In this document: piece after piece, positions 56,775-64,000 of the stretch | Numbering within the stretch: position 1 is the first letter of the stretch | Layout: each line of letters opens with the position of its first letter | NCBI GenBank assembly: GCA_001643675.2 | Contig: LSRY02000067.1 | Location: 124,001-188,000, forward strand | Reading direction: 5' to 3' | DNA length: 64,000 bases | DNA from: Monocercomonoides exilis PA203 | Lineage: Eukaryota > Protista > Preaxostyla | Position numbers and translations under genes: made by a program | The notes under the pieces: model-generated | Told to the model about the DNA's origin: nothing | The model's input: only the letters and a program-made list of their open reading frames with translations | Database searches by the model: none

Positions 56775-59700
56775 TTATGAAAGTGATCTTGTGGCTGTTG
56801 GAATTTCATTTTTCAAAGGAATTGACATTTCATAAGTCAAATTTTCATTCGAAAGATCAAGAAGGATGCAAAGGGAAAGCTGTGAAACTCTTTGGAACAT
56901 GAAATTTCTATTGTTTGAAGAATATGAAGGAGAAGAAATTGCAATTGAAGAAGAAGATGAAGTTAAAGGAACAAGCAATTGAATGATGCGTCGCAGGCAA
57001 GCGGTGAAATCGTCTTTTTGGAAATAAATCCGATTTGCTTGAAATACAAATTAAAATGACATATATTTAATAACCACAAATATAAACATTCACGAATAAT
57101 AATAATAGAAAAAATTTAAGAAAAAATTTTTCATTGAAAAGTGAAAAGAATTTGAACAAATGAAAAATAAATTAATCAAAAAACTAAAAAAATAAAAAGC
57201 AAGTTCGATAACTCAATAATTCACAAACCAGGTTGCTCATTCAACAATGCAATTGACAACAGTCCACAAAACATATCGTTCAATGAGTCTTTTTCATCTT
57301 CCTGCGCTCTCAAAAAGCAATCACGTGAACAAAAGGGAAACGAAGAATTTGACCATTTCCATAAATCATTGGCTGTACCGTTATTTGAATTTTTATTCAA
57401 TGAAGCATTTTCTTCAAGAACTTTTTTCTTTTCCATTATCATCCAATCATCAGAAACTTTCATTGTCCAATCAATAAGAAAGTGCACAAACGCCTCAAAA
57501 CTCGAAGGAACAGCAGAATCTCTGAAAAGCACAGACAACGAAAACGAGGCGCTTGCAGCAAGCAAAACTTCATGTGAAATAATAGCAACTTGAAAAAGAC
57601 CGAAAAGAAAGTCTGCCAAAGTTGGATTCGACGAATATGATAAATGAGGTGAAGATAATGCCGCTGTTGACGTTTCTAAGGGAGAAGGTGAAGAAGTTGA
57701 ATCAACACCAGCAATGGGCTTATCTGTTATTTCGCCTGCTTTTTGCTCCATTTGACTTTGGTCTTGTAATTTTGCTGTAGAATTAATTTCTTTATCATCT
57801 TTGCTCCCAAAAAATGAAGAAGAAACACTTGCAAAAAGTGAATGCGCAACAACTGATAGATAGCATTTTATCTGAAAGCAACAATAGTCATTCAAAGGAA
57901 TATTCTCATTTCTATTCTCTGAACATATTTTGCTTTCTCCACCCGAAAAATCAGAGTTGCATTGATTAAAGTGTGATGCTTGATTCATTTTGTCATCGCT
58001 ACACACATCCTTCTTTTTATCTTCCTTTTCATTTTCCATATTAAATTCTGGGCATTCTTCGAATTTTTCTTTGTCTTTCAGTCTTTCTTCATTTGAATCA
58101 TTTATTTTCAGAACAAAATTTGATATCTTCATCAAGTCTTCAAGTAGTCCCTGAGAAATTAAGCGCAATTTGTCATCTGATGAAAGATATCCAAAAAGCC
58201 TCATAACAGAAAAAGACAGGCAAGAAGGAATGATTATACACGATTTTTGTGAATGTTGTTCGATAGCAGAAATTGAAGTTGAGAATGAAGTTGAAACTCT
58301 ATTGTTCACAAAGGCTAAAATTGATTCAATCAGCGAAACAACTGTAGAAGAACAAAACTTTTCCCATTGCATTTGATCAACCGATTGCCTTTTGTGACTC
58401 ATCAGAACAAGAACTGCAAAGCAAATAGTTTCAATTGCACCATTTGAAGGATATGGCTTATGATTGGTTTCAGATAGTGATTCAACAGTTTGACACGAAG
58501 AGTTACAATAAGTTAGGGATTCATGATCAACTTTATCTTTTGTATTTTCCTTTTCAATATTTATATTCCAGTAATCAAATAAATGCTTGCATCTAAGAAT
58601 CATCTGCTTTTCTTGTAACAGTTCAAGATGCTCAGGAATAGAAAAAATTGTTAGAACTCCGAGATTTTTTAGCGCAGTTGATAAAATTTCCTTGCCTGTA
58701 TAACAATATGACTCTTCTGAAGATCTTGATTCAGCACTTTCATTTGGAAGCCTGCGTTTCATAGACATTTTTTCAAAAGCATATAAGATGTTAAAGAAAA
58801 AAGCATTTTTACATTCAACATAATTATAATAACAATGAAAAATAATCAAAAACGATTAAAAATTTTATTTTTCAAAATAAATTCTCCACACACCAGAATG
58901 AATTTATCACATCACCAATCTCCATTCCAAGAAACTGTTTGCAGTCATTGCCATTTTGCAGTAATTCTTTGATTACAGTCAGCAAATAATGATTCCTGTA
59001 ATTTGCAGCTTTATCTAGAATTTTCATGGAAGTTGAAGTCACAACTTCATTCAAGCAAAATGTCTGATAAGAAGAAGAAAATTAGGTTGAAAATTAGTTA
59101 AATAATGTCAAAAGAAAAGAGTGAAAATATTCGAGAAATAAAAATGTTAATAAAATTAAAAACAAACAAATGAATGAAAAATATTTTTATAAAAAATACC
59201 TCGCAATTCGTTTGAGGAGCAGCGTTCAACGATAAGCACGATGAAGAAAACGAGTGTAAAGAAGACAAAGTTGAATCCAGCGAATCTGTTTGTGCATTTG
59301 CTGATGATTTTTGATTGCAATATGAAGAACAACGCTTCTTTTTCAAAGGATCTAACTGACAAAACTCCACAAACACATCTTTTTCACTTTGCTCTCCACA
59401 TCCCTCAAAGCAGCAGCCTGATGTCTTTTTGAATGAAAGAGCATCTTTCAAATACTCTGCCATCTCTTCATTCATAAATGGCAATCCAACATTTTCAGAT
59501 TCTTCATTGTGGTTCTCCTTTTGTGATTTCTCTTCGTCTTCAGCATTTATTGCATCAAAAGCTTTAATAATTGAATCTTTCTCTTTATCTTCTTGTTCTT
59601 TCAATTGACATTCACTTATCAGTTGCTCTTTTTTGTCATCGGATTCTTTCATAAACAGATAAGACAAAGCATAACACAGACATATATTTATATCCGAATC

Positions 59701-61974
59701 AATTGAATGGTGCTTCTTGAACGAATCTGAGCAAAATGCTAAAAACGAGTGTTTAAAAAGAAACTCCTTCCAACTTTTTGTGAGTCGATCAATAAAACTG
59801 AATGAAGACGAATTCGATTCTTCATCGCTGGCTGAATAACAAGAGAGTGTTGATTTGAAATAACTGGTGTTTTTGTGAAGGAAATAAACAAGCATGCAAA
59901 CATTCATCAGTAATGCAGTTGAAAGATCATGAATAATTGTGAAGTTTTTATTGATTTCCATCTCTTCTTCTTCTTCTTCTTCTTTGCATTCACCATTTTG
60001 TTGCTCCACATTTTGATTTACAATTCCCATCAACGCTTTCAACAGCCCTTCATTCAAGAAATGGAACGCATCTTCTTCAAGCAAATTCCGCAATTTGTCA
60101 GCGTTATTAACTTCATTCTTTGTTTGAAAGCTTTCATTTGCTTTTCCTTCTGAAGTCTCAACAAAAGAACTCCTGTTTGTTTCAAATGATTCATGCGACA
60201 ATAACGATGACTCCAAATACTCATTGCTTCTTTCGCTCAAAGAAGAGAACGAAGAAGCTGATTGGATTGAAGACAAAGTTGTTGAGCTTTTCGTTGTATT
60301 CAGATTGTTTGCATATTTATTAGCATAACTTTCAGTCAAAGAGAATTTCTGAAGAAAGAACAAAGTAATTCTGAGAAGAAAGATTAGAATTCTCATTTTT
60401 AAAATTACTATTTCCGAAGAAGAAGAAGATGATGGCTCATAACCCAAAAGAGGAAGAAAAGCATTTGTAACATTTTCCTCAGCCAAATAAATTACAAAAA
60501 GAGGAGTTGAAATAAACGAGAATAGAATATCCAGAACACAATGAACGAAGTTTATTGATTCTTCAGATAGAAACAATTTGGTACTAACAACTGTGAAAAT
60601 AAGATGTGTGGAAACTGAAGAAGAAGAAGACGATGAAGAAGAAGAATTAAAAGAAGAAGAATTCGACTTAGTTTTCTTTGGATAAAACACATCCAGCATT
60701 TCAGATGGAATGTAAGTGGTCGAAACAATTCTTGCAAGCGTAGCAAAAATGTGGTGAACAACAAAAGTCCTCTTTTTCTTCTCAATCGAAGAAGAAGGGC
60801 AAACATCGAAATCAAACATAAGTTCTGAAAGCAACTGAAGCTTTTGACAGTCAGTCATTGATTGACTCAAAGAAGAAGAAGGAGAAGAGGAAGAAGAAGA
60901 AAATGATGATGAAGAAGAGGAAGAGGAGGAAGAAGAATAAGAAGCGGATGAAGAAAAATTCTTGTCACTTTGTTTTTTCGTCACTGATTTGAAAATATAA
61001 TCCAGAATGCAATTCATTCTGCGAATATCTGCTGTATCATATGGATTGCACAGTCTATTTGCAAATAAACATGGAAATTTGATAGAAAATATTTCAATGA
61101 AAAATATGAATTTGTGTGAAAAAATAAAAAAAAAACGTAATAAAACCAAAAAGAAATGGTGAACTTTAATAAATTAATACGAATTTACGTCATATTCAAT
61201 AAATAACTAAATAACAAATAAATCAAGAAAAAAAAATTCATTTGTCAATAATCTCTCATTTGAACATGAAACAAAACAAAAAAGGTTCTCTTTCACAAAC
61301 TTCAAAGCAGCCACAAGCTCCTCTGCTGGACTTGATTCATTTATAACAGCCACTTTTTGGCTCTGAAGCAAACTTTCCTTTGAATTTTCTATTTCATTTG
61401 CTCTTTCTGACTGTGAAAACAGAGAAGAAGATGTTTGTGTGAGAGACAATGGATGAACAGCTACTGAAGAAGAAGAAGAAGAATTAAAAGAAGCAGCAGA
61501 AGAAGAATGGCTCAGAACTCCCGCTGAACTGTCCAGCAGAACTTTCGGCGCAGACAGCAGCAGAAGAGAAGAGGAAGAGAGCTGCGAATTCAAAGGCGGA
61601 GGGAAAGATGAAGGAAACTCCACAGAAGATGAGCGAGAAAGAGAAGGTTGCAATGAAATGGAGTCTGACATCTTTTTTTTGATGGCAGAAACAAATTTTT
61701 TGAGCTGCGGCACTTCCAACAGCTCGACGGCTGTTGGTCTTTCTTTGAAGCGCTGAGTGAGTTTAGCATACACACACGCACACATGCACACATATATTTT
61801 AGATGTTGATTGAAAATTTGGGTTTAAAAAAGAAAAGAATGTTATAAGAAACATCGTCAACGATTAGGAAGGGAAAAAATATTTAGAAAATAATTGAAAT
61901 TCATTAATATAAAAAGATTTTTAATAAATAATTAAACAATTCAAATAAAATAAAATAAAATAAAATAAAAGAAA

Positions 61975-62006
<32 letters not shown>

Positions 62007-62013
62007 AGAAAAG

Positions 62014-62044
<31 letters not shown>

Positions 62045-63350
62045 AAAATAAAATATAAAATTCAATAAACACACAATTTTCAGCATGTTCTGTATAATCC
62101 TCTTCAGCGCCGGGTCAAAATGCTCCGGGAACGAAAGATGCTCAGAATCATACTCATACAAAATATACTCCACACTCGAACCCGAAATCGCCCCTGATTG
62201 CACTGAAAGTGAGCCAGAAACTGCCAAAGGAGAAGGATTTTGAGAGGAAGCAATGAAAAATGTGGGGTTTTCTGATGAAAATGGAGGGAAAGGATAGGTG
62301 TGAGTAGCCATTTCATAGAGAAGGACACCAAGTGAGAAGATGTCACCAGCAGGAATGCGTCTATTATAAAAAAAAAAAAAAACAGGGAATAATAATAAAA
62401 ATTCATTTTTTTAAGTTGAATGAAATTATGTTTTGATTTTTAAAGGTTTTCAAACAATCCGTCTTTTATCAGTTCGGGTGCAGCATATCGACTGTTATTC
62501 AATAAAAATTCAATGAAAATAAATAAAAGATCAAATCAAACAAAAAATTGAAGAAGAAAAGATAGATATCAATCTTGATGTTCAAATGAAGAATCACAAA
62601 CTGCACAAAAGGGTCTGAAAAATCTGCGCTTCTAGTAGAATCAAGGCATTGAGCTTGACAATAATCAGCTAAATAATTATAATAATAATAATAATAATTT
62701 TAAAAATTCGAAATTGAATCAAAAAAGCAAAAATACAAAATACTGCAAACAAAGTTTACAAATCCCATCTTTATCAATAAAGATGTTTTCGGGCTTAAGA
62801 TCTCCATGAATTCTTCCTCTATCATGCAATTCTGAAAGGCCAAGAATAAAATGAGCGAAAAATACCCAAGTTTCCTTTGAATGCAAATGGTAAAAAAGGC
62901 CCGAAATGATATGAAAAAAGAAATTCAATGACTAATTGATAAAATAATATCACACTTTATCAGAAAATTTGGTTGGATGTGATTGAAGTTGTGTCCTTAA
63001 ACTGCCACGAGAGCAATAATCCATTACCAAATAACAATGTTGCACATCTCTAAATGCAGCATGATATTTGAGGAGAAAATTGCTTTTTATGTTTGGCAGT
63101 TCTTGAATTACTTGAGGAATAGAAGATGAAGTCGATATAATCTTCAAAGGTATTTTTTTCCATGCAAATTTTTGCTCTGTTACTGCATGAGTAACTTGAT
63201 GCACTTCTCCAATCAGCCCTGATCCGATATGCTTTTCGACTCGGACTATGATGACAATTGCAAATCATTCATTTATTTATCTGAATTAATCAAATTCTCA
63301 ATAATTTTACGTTGCAGACATTGTTCATAACTAAATAGCCCATTTTGCAT
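56775..63350 (-). CDS. NEK-like Ser/Thr kinase with long Ser-rich/ARM-like C-terminal region, multi-exon
   Basis: ATG at 63350. Spliced motifs IGSGLIGEV, FAWKKI, LVMDYCSRGSL, IHGDLKPENIFI, SDYC (DFG position), YAAPEL, DIFSLGVLLYEM, ERPTAVELL. Downstream ORFs appear to link via GT-AG introns to the stop at 56775 (not every junction checked). Confidence 0.8.
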
Positions 63351-63549
63351 CGTAACGATGCTTTAATAAAAGTTATTGACAACTCGAAACAACTTTTTTT
63401 TAAGAAAATTTCCCACTATAAAATAATCATCTTCTTTTCAATAAATTATTTGCAATAAATAGAAATATATCAAAAAAAGTTCAATGAACTGGAACATCCC
63501 AAAAAGTGTTCTGACTGAACCCATATTTATTTAGTCGTTTGACCGTTAA

Positions 63550-64000
63550 ATGTCTGAATCAGTTACTGTTGCTTTAAGAGTTCGTCCTTTAAATTCAAAG
63601 GAGAAAAAAGAGAAATGCACAGAAATACAAACTATTTCTGGAAAGTCGATTACCGTTGTAAACCCAAAGGAGTTTTGAATATTTTCTTAATTAAACATTC
63701 AATTTTATTTTTTTTAAAGTAAATCAAAGAAAACTTTCACATTTGATTACGTGTATGGAACAAAGACTACGCAAGACGTTTGAGAACTCTTTTTTTCATC
63801 GGATTTTTTTATTAATGAGAAAATATATATTTTTAAAATTTCAGCAAGTTTTCAATGATCTTGGGAAATTGTATTTGGAAAACTGCTGGAATGGATTTAA
63901 CTGTACATTGTTTGCATATGGACAAACAGGAGCAGGAAAATCTTATTCTATGACAGGCTCAAATGATTCACCCGATACACGAGGTATTATTCCTCGTGGC
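63550..64000 (+). CDS. Kinesin motor domain, 5' part (kinesin-3-like), truncated by window end
   Basis: MSESVTVALRVRPLN...KTFTFDYVY...WNGFNCTLFAYGQTGAGKSYSMTG across two short GT-AG introns. Missed by the ORF track. Confidence 0.92.

Overview
AT-rich eukaryotic genomic DNA with short GT-AG introns, standard genetic code and very Ser/Glu-rich low-complexity proteins. Gene families and style suggest an oxymonad such as Monocercomonoides (inference, not verified). I can support about 13 intact or near-intact genes: a triple EF-hand-like protein, a 5-exon PlsC-type acyltransferase, a ~3900-aa low-complexity/ARM-like protein, two beta-helix surface proteins (one a receptor-like pseudokinase), a DUF1295 protein, a two-thioredoxin-domain PDI-like protein, a NEK-like kinase, the 5' end of a kinesin, a member of an expanded uncharacterised family (a second copy looks damaged) and several hypotheticals. 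Mobile DNA includes a decayed Merlin (IS1595/ISXO2-like) transposon with TIRs and several MITE-like or fold-back elements. The most unusual observation is a ~350-bp cassette inside an intron (13106-13468). It is bounded by an 8-bp palindromic direct repeat and carries telomere-like TAGGGTT motifs upstream of a 74-nt Pol III-type (A box, B box, T6), tRNA-sized sequence that folds as two hairpins rather than a cloverleaf. Exon boundaries were derived by hand and need RNA-seq confirmation.
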